The notes under the pieces are model-generated. The model did no database searches, was not told the origin of the DNA, and saw only the letters and a list, made by a program, of their open reading frames with translations. Position numbers and translations under genes: made by a program. A stretch of DNA of 64,000 bases from Candidatus Krumholzibacteriia bacterium (lineage in GTDB: Bacteria; Krumholzibacteriota; Krumholzibacteriia; Krumholzibacteriales; Krumholzibacteriaceae), in assembly GCA_963836185.1 (NCBI GenBank), contig CAWIIQ010000001.1:1408001-1472000 (forward strand), read 5' to 3'. This document shows, piece after piece, positions 39,655 through 49,665 of this stretch; within the stretch, counting starts at the first letter, position 1, and each line of letters starts with the position of its first letter.

Positions 39655-40680
39655 TCAATCCCACTTCGCCGATGTGGCCAGGCTGTCGATAAAGGCTGCT
39701 TCCATCCACCAGACCGCCGGATTGCCGTAGCCCGGGGAGTTATGCATCTCCATCATGTGCTCTCGCGTAAGAGGCAGTTTATCAGACTCTTGCGCTTCTT
39801 TCTTTCTCGATGACATGAAGAAGAAATATTTACCGTCTGGAGAGACGTATGGAGAATACTCCAGGCCGCCCTCCGTATTGACGGGCTTGCCCATGTTGAT
39901 AAGGGCGCTCCATCTGTCATCATCGTTGCGGAAGGTGATGTAGTAATCGGTGGAGCCGTGGGAATCCTTTCGCCCGAATACGCAGACGATAAGGAAACGT
40001 TCATCGGGATCTATGAAAGCGTTGAACTGTGCGTTGGTCGTGTTTACATGGTCGGGGAGCTGCTCCGGTTCGGCGAATCCATCACCGTCCGGCCTGGCGC
40101 GGAATATTCTGCTCACCCTCGTTCCCGGTTCTTCGCGCGTGAAGTATATCGTCCCGTTTCTCGTGACAGAGGGGAAGTACTCAGGCGCTTCCGAGTTTAC
40201 CGGAGGCCCGAGGTTGTAAGCGTCAGTCCATCCATCTTCGGCACGGTCCGCTACCCAGATGTCCTGGTTGCCGCTTTTGTTCGAGATGAAGAAGAAGCGT
40301 GAGCCGTCTGGATGGATGAACGGCTCTATATTCATCCATGCCGGGTCGCAGGCGAATTCGAGCGCTTTCGGCTCGGTCCATCTGCCGTTCTCGAGTCGCG
40401 TTCCGAATATCGCCGTATAGGAGTAGTTGCCGACTATCGAGCAGAAATATATCTCCCTGCCGTCGGGTGTCATCGCGAGGTCACGGGTATATAGCCCCGT
40501 GCTGACGATGCCTTCAGCGAAGATGGCCGGTTCAGCCCCCGGAAGCTCCTGTCCGAGATAAGGCCCCCCTGAAGAGGGTGTGTTGCCGCTTCCTTCGGGA
40601 ATCCCGGAACACCCGGTGAGAAGAAGAGTGGAGGCGGCGATGATGAAAAAGGCGGTCAGGAGTCGTGCTCTATCGGTCAA
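39655..40680 (-). CDS. PD40/WD40-like beta-propeller lipoprotein
   Basis: Lipobox LTGC; GPYLGQ..PG..P..FA.GIVS; PFIHPDG, NLGPPVNS, PYVSPDGKYFFF. Confidence 0.85.
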   Translation of the reverse strand: MTDRARLLTAFFIIAASTLLLTGCSGIPEGSGNTPSSGGPYLGQELPGAEPAIFAEGIVSTGLYTRDLAMTPDGREIYFCSIVGNYSYTAIFGTRLENGRWTEPKALEFACDPAWMNIEPFIHPDGSRFFFISNKSGNQDIWVADRAEDGWTDAYNLGPPVNSEAPEYFPSVTRNGTIYFTREEPGTRVSRIFRARPDGDGFAEPEQLPDHVNTTNAQFNAFIDPDERFLIVCVFGRKDSHGSTDYYITFRNDDDRWSALINMGKPVNTEGGLEYSPYVSPDGKYFFFMSSRKKEAQESDKLPLTREHMMEMHNSPGYGNPAVWWMEAAFIDSLATSAKWD

Positions 40681-40692
40681 TTTGAGGTCCTT

Positions 40693-42471
40693 TCATCGTT
40701 CAGTTTCGACAAGCCCGTAGTATATAACAGTCCCGAGTGAACCAACGGCAAAGATATCCGTACTTGATGTACCCCATACGCCGCGGAGGTGTTCCCCCGT
40801 GCCGCAGTCTTCGAACGTCCATGACTCTCCATCGTACCTCAATACGGTGCCGTATTCTCCGACGGCGATAAGATCGTCAGCGGCGAATCCCCAGATCCCG
40901 TAGAGCGGCCTTGTAGTGGGCGTCTCCATCAGTTCCCACGCTGTCCCGTTGAAATGGACTATCGTGCCGCTCATCCCCACGGCGAAGATGTCCTGATCGG
41001 AACTTCCCCAGATGTCCATGAGCTGCCTGTCTACACCGCTGTTCATCGGTGTCCAGGTGTCACCGGAGAGCCGGAATATCCTTCCGCCGCTCCCGACCGC
41101 GAAGACATCACCCGGCGCCGGGCCCCAGACGCCCCAGAGCTGGTCGAAATCGGGATTTCCCGCCAGGGTCCATTCGGAACCTTCGAAGTGATAGATCCTG
41201 CCGTATGCCCCGACGCCCCAGACATCTGATTCGTTGAACCCCCATATATCATAGAGAGGAGTGACCTGTAATTCAGAGGGATTGTTCCACTGTGCGCCGT
41301 CGTATATATATGACATGCCTCCCTCGCTTGCCGCCATCATCCAGTCACCGTAGCGGCCCCAGAGGGAGTGGATGTTGTCGGAGGTGACAGATGTCGTAAC
41401 CTCCCAGACTTCCCGGTCGAAATGCAGTATCGTACCGGTCTGGCCGGCGGCGAACACGTGCTTTCCAGCCCCATGGACCGAATAGAGATGGGCATATGTC
41501 GTGCGGGATTCGATAAGCCAGTTCGCTCCATCGTATCTCAGTATCGCGCCGGGAGCGCCTACACACAAAGCCTCTCCGCCGCGGGCCCAGACAGATTCGA
41601 GGAAGAGATTGTGATCGGTGCCGGTCAGGTTCCACTGCTCTCCGTCATATTCAAGGATCGTTCCGTTGTCTCCGACCGCGAATATCTCACTGCTCGATAC
41701 TCCGTGGATATCCCGGAGCGGCTGGGACGTTCCGCTGCGCATCGTCGTCCAGATCCCCTGTGAATAGTGCAGTATAAATCCGCCGTAACAGACTATATAG
41801 ACATCACCCTCGGGATCGATCCATACCCCCATGCACCAGGCCATATAGGGTGTATGTAACCTTGTCCATTTTATTCCATCGAAATGCAGGACGATGTTGT
41901 ATTCCCCCACTGCGTAGATATTGCTGCCGGAAGTGCCGTATATATCATGGAGATCGACTGTTGTCCCGCTTTCCATCTCTGTCCATTGTGACCCATTGTA
42001 ATGGATGATCTTTCCGGACCTTCCCACAGCGAATACGTTGGAAGAAGAGGACCCCCAGACCGACAGGAGATCTGTCGAGACGGGAGTGGACTTGATCTTC
42101 CAGCTTCCGTCGTATTCAGCGGCAATTCCGGATTTGCCCACGGCGTAAAGCGTTCCGCTTGTGTCTCCCCATATGCCGGTGAGATCCTTGCTCGTTCCGA
42201 CAGGCATGGGCAGCCAACCCTCACCAGTGGAATAGAAGGCCATTCCGGCATCGCCGACCGCGTACGCCGTCGATTCTCCGTCAACCCAGACCGCGCGGAG
42301 TGTCTTTCCGGAAGCGAGGGTCGTCCATCTTATACCTGTCTCTGGAGGCGGATCGTCTATATTGACATCAAGTGGAGGGTCTTCGCCCGAGCATGAGGAC
42401 ATTATGAGGATGAAGGCAGCGATGACCGTCTTGCGGCCGCAGAGGGAGGGGAGTTTTGATCTTGAGGCCAT
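40693..42471 (-). CDS. Tandem-repeat (about 14 x 38-40 aa) beta-propeller lipoprotein
   Basis: Repeating L..VWG.S..DVFAVG..G.I.HYDG..W; lipobox-like MSSC. Confidence 0.85.
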   Translation of the reverse strand: MASRSKLPSLCGRKTVIAAFILIMSSCSGEDPPLDVNIDDPPPETGIRWTTLASGKTLRAVWVDGESTAYAVGDAGMAFYSTGEGWLPMPVGTSKDLTGIWGDTSGTLYAVGKSGIAAEYDGSWKIKSTPVSTDLLSVWGSSSSNVFAVGRSGKIIHYNGSQWTEMESGTTVDLHDIYGTSGSNIYAVGEYNIVLHFDGIKWTRLHTPYMAWCMGVWIDPEGDVYIVCYGGFILHYSQGIWTTMRSGTSQPLRDIHGVSSSEIFAVGDNGTILEYDGEQWNLTGTDHNLFLESVWARGGEALCVGAPGAILRYDGANWLIESRTTYAHLYSVHGAGKHVFAAGQTGTILHFDREVWEVTTSVTSDNIHSLWGRYGDWMMAASEGGMSYIYDGAQWNNPSELQVTPLYDIWGFNESDVWGVGAYGRIYHFEGSEWTLAGNPDFDQLWGVWGPAPGDVFAVGSGGRIFRLSGDTWTPMNSGVDRQLMDIWGSSDQDIFAVGMSGTIVHFNGTAWELMETPTTRPLYGIWGFAADDLIAVGEYGTVLRYDGESWTFEDCGTGEHLRGVWGTSSTDIFAVGSLGTVIYYGLVETER

Positions 42472-42501
42472 AACTTAAAATATGACCGCGGCAGGGGGGT
42501 G

Positions 42502-43026
42502 TCAACCGGGAAGCCCGAAGTATTCCATCTCGCCCGCGCCGGCGAATCTTGCAACGAGGTTGGCGGGGAAGGTGCTGATCGCCGTGTTGTGGATCATGAC
42601 AGTGTCGTTGTAGAACTGCCTCGAGAAACGGATGTCGTCCTCGAGTTTCGTCAGGTCACGGTGAAGTTCGAGGAAGAGAGTGTCCGCCTTGAGAGATGGA
42701 TACGCTTCTGCTACGGCGAAGAGTGTCTTTACAGCCGCGTCGAGTTTATCTTCCGCTCCGGCCTTTTCCCGGTTTGAGCCCGCTCCGACTGCGGCTGTCC
42801 TGGCCGCCGTGACCTTTTCGAGTGTCTCCTGTTCGTGAGAGGCATAACTTCCCACCGTGTCGACGAGTCTCGGGACGAGTTCATGCCGCTTCTGGATCTG
42901 GATATCGATCTGGGAAAGAGAGTTGACGCACCTGTTTCTCAGGGTGACGAACCTGTTGTACGTCAGGATGATCCAGATCCCGATTCCGCCGGCCAGGACG
43001 ATGATCACTATGTTCAATGGACTCAT
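42502..43026 (-). CDS. lemA: LemA family protein
   Basis: YNRFVTLRN, IDIQIQKRHELVP.LV, AVAEAYPSLKAD, RQFYND.V, FPANLVA. Confidence 0.93.
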   Translation of the reverse strand: MSPLNIVIIVLAGGIGIWIILTYNRFVTLRNRCVNSLSQIDIQIQKRHELVPRLVDTVGSYASHEQETLEKVTAARTAAVGAGSNREKAGAEDKLDAAVKTLFAVAEAYPSLKADTLFLELHRDLTKLEDDIRFSRQFYNDTVMIHNTAISTFPANLVARFAGAGEMEYFGLPG

Positions 43027-43046
43027 GCAGAGACTCCCTTATTATA

Positions 43047-44945
43047 TCAGCCAGCGCCGCTTCCGCCTCCACCACCGCCTCCGCCGCCTCCTCCGCTGAA
43101 ACCACCGCCTGACGAGGTCGATGTCGTCATAGCCGAGGAGAGGCTCTCGAGGTTGCTAAGCGAGGCCGTCATCGCGTCGAGAGAAGAGATGCCTTCACCC
43201 ACACCGCCGGGACCGAAAGAAGACGCATTCAAGGGGTGGAACCACACGGCCATCGGCACCGGAGTGTGATATTCCTTCGCTACGAGCTTGAGATTGTTTA
43301 TCAGTTTGTCGGCGACGCCGAGCGCTACGGCGTAGACCAGGTAATGCTCCCAGAGTGGAAGGAGAGAGGGCCCCGCATCTTTCATCGCTGAGAAGTCGCT
43401 CATGAACCTCTTGAAGGCCATCCATTTCTCATACTCGAGGGCCGCTTCCCTGGTCCTCCTTGCAAGGGGTATCGAGAGCAGGACACCCAGTATTATGACA
43501 AGAGGGGCGAAGCCGAAGAGGATGGGGCTTCTCAACCCGCCGAGGAAGAGGAGGACAAATATCAACCCGAAACCGAACGAGATACCCATGAATGTCTTTC
43601 GCGCCTTCTCACTTGCCGGGTCATCGAGTTTGAAATACTCCTTCTCGAAATTTCTCCTTAACTGTTTCTTGCGCCTGTCCATGAAATCCTTGAAATTCGA
43701 TTTCATCCCTGTCGTCTTCTTCGCCCATTCCTCGATCTCATGGCTCGTAACCTTGCTGCCGTCACCGGCTGCGATGAAGACGGTCCTGATGACGTCCTCC
43801 TCGAACGTGATAAGGGGTCGTTCATCCCCGGAAGGCTGGTAGCTGCCGGCAAGCAGCTCGTTTCCCTTAGGAGTGAGAGTGTATTCCAGACCTTTGCTTT
43901 TAAAGAGAAGCACCTTCTTTTCGGTCTCCGTTATCTCGATGTATCCGAGCCTCGCGGACTCGATGAGTGCGGCCGCGAAAGATTTTCCCATCTCGGTATC
44001 CTGCACCCCGCTCTGTGTGAGGATGGCGGGGAGGATGCACGGGGGGAGATCCCTCGGCGGCTCCCTCTCGTAATCGAACTGATAGCCGGTCTCCGGCTCC
44101 TTGCCGTATTTGAAGAAGAACCAGAGATACAGGGCGACCATCGCCAGGACGAGGATTATCCCTGCGACGACTCCGAACTTGAGCATGGCCTGACTGCGCG
44201 CGTAGCTGTCTATCCTCCCCTGCTCCCTTGCCCGCCACTCTTCGGTGACGCGTTTCTCGTCCTCAAGCAGGGAGCCGTGGGATTCGCCCGAGAGGAGGGG
44301 AGCGTCGGGGAATAGATCCGGGTCGAGAAGAACCCTCAGCTCTACGAAATCGTTGCGGCGGATCCCGGAGAGTTTCACGAACGAGCTGCTGAAATCATTC
44401 GCGAAATCGAGGGTGCCGGGCCGTGCATGAGAGTGAACGAAGACCTTGAAGAGACGGGGGCTGGGTCCTGGAGGGATGAGGTCGGCCCTGATGCTCTGTA
44501 TACGAGCGTGGCTGTCGCCGACTATCTTCCAGTAGAACTGGGCGGCGTCCAGGTATCTCTGGACGGCTTCCGTTACGCGGTATTTGATGAGGAAATCTCT
44601 CGTAGTGTTCTGTGCCGAGTAGTACCACTTTACCCCTTCAAGCCTGCCATCTCTATAGGTCTCTGAGCGAAGCTCTTCGCCCGAGTCGGCATCCCATACG
44701 CCGTGGAACTTGACGCCGTACGTGCCGTATTCACCTCGTGTATCCTTTTCGATGAAGGCCCACGAGAAGGAGCCGTCGAACTTGAAAGCTCTAGTCTCCT
44801 CTATCTCGGCGCTGCCATCGGGCAGGAATGTGATCTTGAAATCGATGAGGGGATGGTTATAGCTCTTGTCCGCCATGACCGGCGTCGACGCAACGAGAAT
44901 CACCGTCAACATCACGGCAGCGGCAGTATAAAGGGACGATCTCAT
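43047..44945 (-). CDS. DUF2207 family membrane protein
   Basis: Signal peptide, YEREPP, W.AFKRFM.DFS, WEHYLVYAVALGV, Gly-rich tail; ATG after GGAGG; adjacent to lemA. Confidence 0.9.
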   Translation of the reverse strand: MRSSLYTAAAVMLTVILVASTPVMADKSYNHPLIDFKITFLPDGSAEIEETRAFKFDGSFSWAFIEKDTRGEYGTYGVKFHGVWDADSGEELRSETYRDGRLEGVKWYYSAQNTTRDFLIKYRVTEAVQRYLDAAQFYWKIVGDSHARIQSIRADLIPPGPSPRLFKVFVHSHARPGTLDFANDFSSSFVKLSGIRRNDFVELRVLLDPDLFPDAPLLSGESHGSLLEDEKRVTEEWRAREQGRIDSYARSQAMLKFGVVAGIILVLAMVALYLWFFFKYGKEPETGYQFDYEREPPRDLPPCILPAILTQSGVQDTEMGKSFAAALIESARLGYIEITETEKKVLLFKSKGLEYTLTPKGNELLAGSYQPSGDERPLITFEEDVIRTVFIAAGDGSKVTSHEIEEWAKKTTGMKSNFKDFMDRRKKQLRRNFEKEYFKLDDPASEKARKTFMGISFGFGLIFVLLFLGGLRSPILFGFAPLVIILGVLLSIPLARRTREAALEYEKWMAFKRFMSDFSAMKDAGPSLLPLWEHYLVYAVALGVADKLINNLKLVAKEYHTPVPMAVWFHPLNASSFGPGGVGEGISSLDAMTASLSNLESLSSAMTTSTSSGGGFSGGGGGGGGGGGSGAG

Positions 44946-45069
44946 TTGAACCTCCGGGTCAGCCGACTCAGCGGAGATGGTAAGACAGCCGCCGGCCGGG
45001 GTCAATTCAAAGATGATGTACAATATCGATACACCGGCGAAGGCTTACATATTCAAACCACGAATCGTT

Positions 45070-45099
45070 TTGACAGCGCGGCATCGGTACGGTTAGTCT
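45070..45099 (+). promoter_or_regulatory. sigma70-type promoter of gatCAB
   Basis: TTGACA-N18-TAGTCT. Confidence 0.45.
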
Positions 45100-45125
45100 A
45101 ACCGGGGAATGAAAGAGAGGAAGGC

Positions 45126-45435
45126 TTGAAACTGACAGAGATGGAATTCAGCGACCTCGAGGCCCTCGCCAGGATCGATCTTGACGAAGAGGAGCGTGAC
45201 AGGTTGAGGCTCCAGCTCGACAGGATCCTCGGATTCGTCAGGAAGTTGCAGGAGGTCGAGACCGGCGAGCCCGGCCCGGGCGCAGAGTGACTCTCAGCCC
45301 CCCATGCCTCCGGCTTCGGACGAGGTGCGTGAATGCCTCGACAGGGAAGAGGTCCTCAGACAGGCCCCCGACCGTGACGGCGGATTCTTCCGTGTCCCCC
45401 CTGTAATAGAGCGTGAGGACGGGGGGGGATCATGA
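45126..45435 (+). CDS. gatC: Asp/Glu-tRNA amidotransferase subunit C (one indel near 45285; absent from ORF track)
   Basis: LARIDLDEEERDRLRLQLDRILGFVRKLQEVET, then in a shifted frame DEVRECLDREEVLRQAPDRDGGFFRVPPVIE; ATGA overlap with gatA. Confidence 0.88.
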
Positions 45436-46895
45436 GCACCATGGCGGGAAAGAGTGTCGGCGAGCTTCTTCGCATATACCGCGATAGCAGGGTAAAGCCT
45501 GCCGAGGTCGTGGCCGACTGTATAGACGCGATCGATACCCGCGACCGGGTTGCAGGCGCCTTTCTCGAGGTTTTCCGCGATGAGGCGATGAAACGTGCGG
45601 AAGAACTGGGAGGCGAGGATCCCGAAGGCTTGCCCCTCTACGGAATACCTGTCGCGGTCAAGGACAACATCTGCACGCGCGGGATGCCTACTACATGCGG
45701 TTCGAGGATACTGGCGGGATACCGTCCCCCGTACGATGCCACCGCCGTCGAAAGACTCACCGCAGCCGGAGCTGTGATCATCGGAAAAACGAACATGGAT
45801 GAGTTCGCCATGGGCTCCTCGAACGAGCACTCCGCATTCGGACGTGTGAGAAATCCATGGAACGAGGAATGCGCGCCCGGGGGATCGAGCGGCGGCTCGG
45901 CAGCCGCAGTCGCGGCGGGGATGGTGCCTGCCGCTCTCGGTTCGGACACGGGAGGTTCTATACGTCAGCCGGCCTCGTTCTGCGGAGTGACCGGGCTCAA
46001 GGGTACATATGGAAGGATATCGAGGTACGGGCTCGTTGCATTCGCGAGCAGTTTCGATCAGATAGGACCGATTGCGAATGATGCTGAAGGGTGCGCTCTC
46101 CTTATGCAGGCGCTTGCCGGACCTGACGGAAGGGACTCTACCGCCATCGAGGCTGAATGCCCCGACCTGCTCTCCGATCTCGATGCCGGGTTTGCCGGCC
46201 TGTCGGTCGGTGTCCCCGAAGAGCTTGGAGGATGGGATCTCGATCCGGCCTCAGCCGCGGCACTCGATGAGGCCTCACGAGCTCTTTCCGCCGCGGGCTC
46301 GGATTCAGGGGCAGTCTCCCTGCCGGGGATGGAGACCTCGATAGCATGCTATTACGTGATCGCCAATGCAGAGGCTTCCTCGAACCTCGCCAGGTTCGAC
46401 GGTGTGAGGTACGGGATGAGGGCCGGTGGAGATACGATCGACTCGCTCTATTCGTCGACGAGGACCGCGGGGTTCGGCGAGGAGGTAAAGCGCAGGATAC
46501 TGCTCGGTACATACGTCCTTTCGGCGGGGTATTACGATGCTTATTACGGCAAGGCGCTGGCAGTCAGAGAGATGATCAGGGAGGCCTTCCGCGACATCTT
46601 CTCACGGATCGACCTGCTGATGCTGCCGACGACGCCCGGCCCGGCGTTCCGGCTCGGCGAGAGGATCGACGATCCCGTTTCGATGTACCTCTCCGATATA
46701 TTTACCACCCCAGCCAACCTGGCGGGGCTTCCAGCCGTATCGATACCGGCCGGATTGTCGGCAGAGGGACTTCCGGTAGGGATCCAGCTCATCGCCGGCG
46801 CGGGCAGGGAGGACATTCTGCTCAGGGGAGCAAGGGGACTCGAAAAACTGTTCCGTTTCAGAGAGAGGTTCGTTCCCGGGGGAGGTGAGGTGTGA
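45432..46895 (+). CDS. gatA: Asp/Glu-tRNA amidotransferase subunit A
   Basis: AVKDNI, GKTNMDEFAMGSS, PGGSSGGSAA, GSDTGGSIRQPA, EASSNLARFDG, VKRRILLGTY. Confidence 0.97.
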   Translation: MSTMAGKSVGELLRIYRDSRVKPAEVVADCIDAIDTRDRVAGAFLEVFRDEAMKRAEELGGEDPEGLPLYGIPVAVKDNICTRGMPTTCGSRILAGYRPPYDATAVERLTAAGAVIIGKTNMDEFAMGSSNEHSAFGRVRNPWNEECAPGGSSGGSAAAVAAGMVPAALGSDTGGSIRQPASFCGVTGLKGTYGRISRYGLVAFASSFDQIGPIANDAEGCALLMQALAGPDGRDSTAIEAECPDLLSDLDAGFAGLSVGVPEELGGWDLDPASAAALDEASRALSAAGSDSGAVSLPGMETSIACYYVIANAEASSNLARFDGVRYGMRAGGDTIDSLYSSTRTAGFGEEVKRRILLGTYVLSAGYYDAYYGKALAVREMIREAFRDIFSRIDLLMLPTTPGPAFRLGERIDDPVSMYLSDIFTTPANLAGLPAVSIPAGLSAEGLPVGIQLIAGAGREDILLRGARGLEKLFRFRERFVPGGGEV

Positions 46896-48334
46896 TGGCG
46901 CCTCGTATCGAATATCTCCCCGTGATCGGGCTCGAGGTACATGCCCAGCTCCTTACCCGTACAAAGATGTTCTGCCGCTGCCCGGCATCGTACGGCGGAG
47001 AACCCAACACGATGATATGTCCCGTCTGTCTCGGCCTGCCCGGAGCGCTTCCTTCAATAAACCGGGAAGCAGTATCGATGGCGGTCAGGCTCGGCCTGGC
47101 CCTCGGTTGCTCGATCGAAAGGGAGAGTGTTTTCGCCCGCAAGAACTACTTTTATCCCGACGCGCCGCGGAACTACCAGATATCGATGTACGACAGGCCG
47201 ATATGCACCGGAGGAAGTCTCGAATTCGAGGAAGGTGATGAAGAGGTCAGCATCGAGCTCGAGAGGATCCATCTGGAGGACGATGCCGGCAAACTTCTGC
47301 ATGGTCGGGGGGAACACAGCCTGATCGATTTTAACAGGTGCGGCGTGCCGCTCGTCGAGATCGTGACCAGGCCGGTGATCCACGGTCCGCGCCAGGCGTC
47401 TCTCTTCCTTCAGAACCTCAGGCGGATGATTCGCTACCTCGATATCTGCGACGGCAACCTCGAAGAAGGATCGATGCGCGTAGACGTTAACATCTCGATG
47501 AGGGCGAAGGGCGACGAGGTTCTGGGGACGAGGACCGAGATAAAGAACCTCAATTCTTTCAAGGCTGTCGAAGCGGGCATCGAGACAGAGATGGAGAGGC
47601 AGCGAAGCGATCTCGAGTCAGGCAGGGCGATCGTCCAGGTGACGAACCTCTGGGACGCGAAAGAGAGAAGACTTGTGACAATGCGCCGCAAGGAGCGGGC
47701 GCACGATTACAGGTATTTCCCGGAGCCGGACCTTCCTCTTCTCAGGGTCGATGAAGCGTGGATCGAGGAAGAGAGGGCGAAGATCCCGGAGCTGCCTCTG
47801 AAAAGGGCGCGGAGGTTCATGAAGGAATACGGCCTCTCCCCGTACGATGCGGGGGTCCTTACCGCGGAGAGCGATATCGCCGACTATTTCGAGGAAACGG
47901 TGAATTTGTCAGGTGAGTCGAAGGCGGCGGCAAACTGGGTGATGAGGGACGTGATGCGCGAACTGAAATCGAGGGGCGTGGGCATCGCGGAATTCCCTGT
48001 AAAGGCCGACGGCCTTGCAGGACTGATAGGACTCGTCAGCGGCGGGGTCGTATCGATCTCTGCCGCAGCCGAGGTTTTCACCGGGATGCTCGAATCGGGT
48101 GAGAGTGCTGAAGATGTGGTAAGGCGGCTCGGGCTGGAGCTTATGTCCGGCGGATCCGAGCTCGAAGGCATAGTCGAACGAGTCCTTGCATCGAATCCCG
48201 TTGAACTGGAGAAGTATCGTGCGGGAAAGAAGCAGTTGATGAAGTTCTTCATCGGGCAGGTCATGAAGGAGAGCGGCGGGAGGGCCGACCCGGTGACAGC
48301 GGGAGAGATCCTGCGGAGAAAACTCGACGGGTGA
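46895..48334 (+). CDS. gatB: Asp/Glu-tRNA amidotransferase subunit B
   Basis: VIGLEVHAQL, RKNYFYPD, HLEDDAGK, DFNRCGVPLVEIV, EIKNLNSF, DYRYFPEPDL. Confidence 0.97.
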   Translation: MAPRIEYLPVIGLEVHAQLLTRTKMFCRCPASYGGEPNTMICPVCLGLPGALPSINREAVSMAVRLGLALGCSIERESVFARKNYFYPDAPRNYQISMYDRPICTGGSLEFEEGDEEVSIELERIHLEDDAGKLLHGRGEHSLIDFNRCGVPLVEIVTRPVIHGPRQASLFLQNLRRMIRYLDICDGNLEEGSMRVDVNISMRAKGDEVLGTRTEIKNLNSFKAVEAGIETEMERQRSDLESGRAIVQVTNLWDAKERRLVTMRRKERAHDYRYFPEPDLPLLRVDEAWIEEERAKIPELPLKRARRFMKEYGLSPYDAGVLTAESDIADYFEETVNLSGESKAAANWVMRDVMRELKSRGVGIAEFPVKADGLAGLIGLVSGGVVSISAAAEVFTGMLESGESAEDVVRRLGLELMSGGSELEGIVERVLASNPVELEKYRAGKKQLMKFFIGQVMKESGGRADPVTAGEILRRKLDG

Positions 48335-48342
48335 GACGTGGA

Positions 48343-48898
48343 TCAGCGAAGTGTCTTGAGAGCCGCTATCATCCCTGCGGTGAAGATAACCAGTCCAAAT
48401 CCGGTCATACCCATAACGATGACCCAGGGATCCCCCGCAAAGATCGCTTCGACCTGGCTTGAAGATGCCGGCGATGATTCCGCTCATGGCCTCTGTCCAG
48501 TAATCCATCGACCTCGTAGTGGAATCGACAAACGATTCCTGTCCGGAGATCAGGGCGGAAACGTAGTCGAAACGGCTGATGAGCAGTATAAGTGCGGCCG
48601 TAGCCACGGAGAAAGTCCACACGAAGGACATGCGGCGGAAGATCCCCGCGATACTGTTCTTCTTTTCCAGTCCGAGACGGTCTGCGACCTCAGAAGCCAC
48701 TGTACGCGGATCGGGAATGAATCCGGGAATCGTCGAAAGGGAGCTCTCCAGAGCGCGGTATGTCTCGAGAGACTGCTCGCATGATTCGCATACGGCAAGA
48801 TGGGCGGTCACTCCGGCCGCTTCCTCAGCGGAGAGATCTCCGTCGATATAGAGGGGCAGCAGCTCCTCGATCCTTTCACATTCCATTGACCGCTTCAT
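48343..48898 (-). CDS. Membrane-anchored zinc-finger (zf-HC2) anti-sigma factor (indel near 48460)
   Basis: C..IEELLPLYIDGDL......V.AHLAVCESC (HxxxCxxC), then hydrophobic segments; own RBS AGGAGG. Confidence 0.85.
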
Positions 48899-49472
48899 TT
48901 TCCCTCCTTCGGCCGAATCCCTCTCGTCCATCATCTTCTTCATCTTTATTCTGGCCCTGTGGATCAGTGTTTTTACCGTTCCCTCGGGTATCTCGAGTAT
49001 CTCCGCTATCTCGTGGTACTTCTTTCCCGCGAGGTAGCGCAGCTCGATCGCCTGCCTGTAATCTCCCTCGAGCCTTGAAAGAAGATATTCGATATCCTCA
49101 GCGGCGGAGCGCCTTGCGAACTCGGCTTCCGGTCCGGGCCTGTTCGAAGCGATATCGGCCGTGCTTGTCGATCGAGATGATATCGTCCCGTTCCTTCGCC
49201 CTGATATTGATCGCGTTGTTGCGGGCGACTGACCATATCCATGTCGAAAGCGATGACCGTCCGCTGAACGAGGGGAGGCCGCGGTAGACCCTGATAAATG
49301 CCTCCTGGACGGCGTCATCGATATCGCCGCGGTTTCCGAGCACTGAACGCACCGCCGCGTATACGACTCCCGTGTATTTCTCGACGATCTTTCCGAACGC
49401 CTTCCCGTCACCGGATTTCGCTTTCTCGAGCAGATCATGGTCAGTTTCACCTCTCAATCCATGCTCCTCCAT
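48895..49472 (-). CDS. ECF RNA polymerase sigma factor (indel near 49160)
   Basis: Region 2 DAVQEAFIRVY..L.SF.GRSSLSTWI..VARN; region 4 Y.EIAEILEIPEGTVKTLIHRAR. Confidence 0.9.
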
Positions 49473-49477
49473 GACTA

Positions 49478-49507
49478 TAGGACAGGGGAAGGGTCCGTTT
49501 TGTTTCA
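49478..49507 (-). promoter_or_regulatory. Putative ECF-type promoter of the sigma gene
   Basis: Minus strand TGAAAC-N17-TGTCCTA ending 5 nt before the ATG. Confidence 0.5.
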
Positions 49508-49573
49508 AAAATACGGGTAGAAAGATGAAAATTACAGGAAAAAGGGGAAATTTTCATTTTTTCTATGAAAAGG

Positions 49574-49602
49574 TGAAACGAAATCGAAGACGTCCTGTCA
49601 TA
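49574..49602 (+). promoter_or_regulatory. Putative ECF-type promoter of the divergent membrane-protein gene
   Basis: TGAAAC-N16-TGTCATA, mirroring the motif on the opposite strand. Confidence 0.5.
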
Positions 49603-49665
49603 CCTGACGAGAACGAAAGATAACAAGGTAACTGGAACAGGTTGAAACGGAAAAGGAGGAGACAG

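Noticed and set aside
40693-42300. Periodic pattern of about 117 bp as possible CRISPR or DNA repeat array
   Set aside because: The periodicity is at protein level with diverged codons inside one ORF; there are no identical repeats with spacers and no cas genes.
43047-43125. CCG/CCA-rich low-complexity run
   Set aside because: Encodes the usual Gly/Ser tail of DUF2207 proteins.
45288-45290. In-frame TGA in gatC as possible selenocysteine or readthrough
   Set aside because: The GatC C-terminus continues in a different frame, so this is an indel rather than recoding.
47909-49450. 513-aa ORF suggesting a sigma/anti-sigma fusion
   Set aside because: The junction reads AGGAGGGAAAATGA on the minus strand. 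One fewer A gives a normal ATGA stop/start overlap with its own RBS, and this region has other indels, so it is most likely an artefact.
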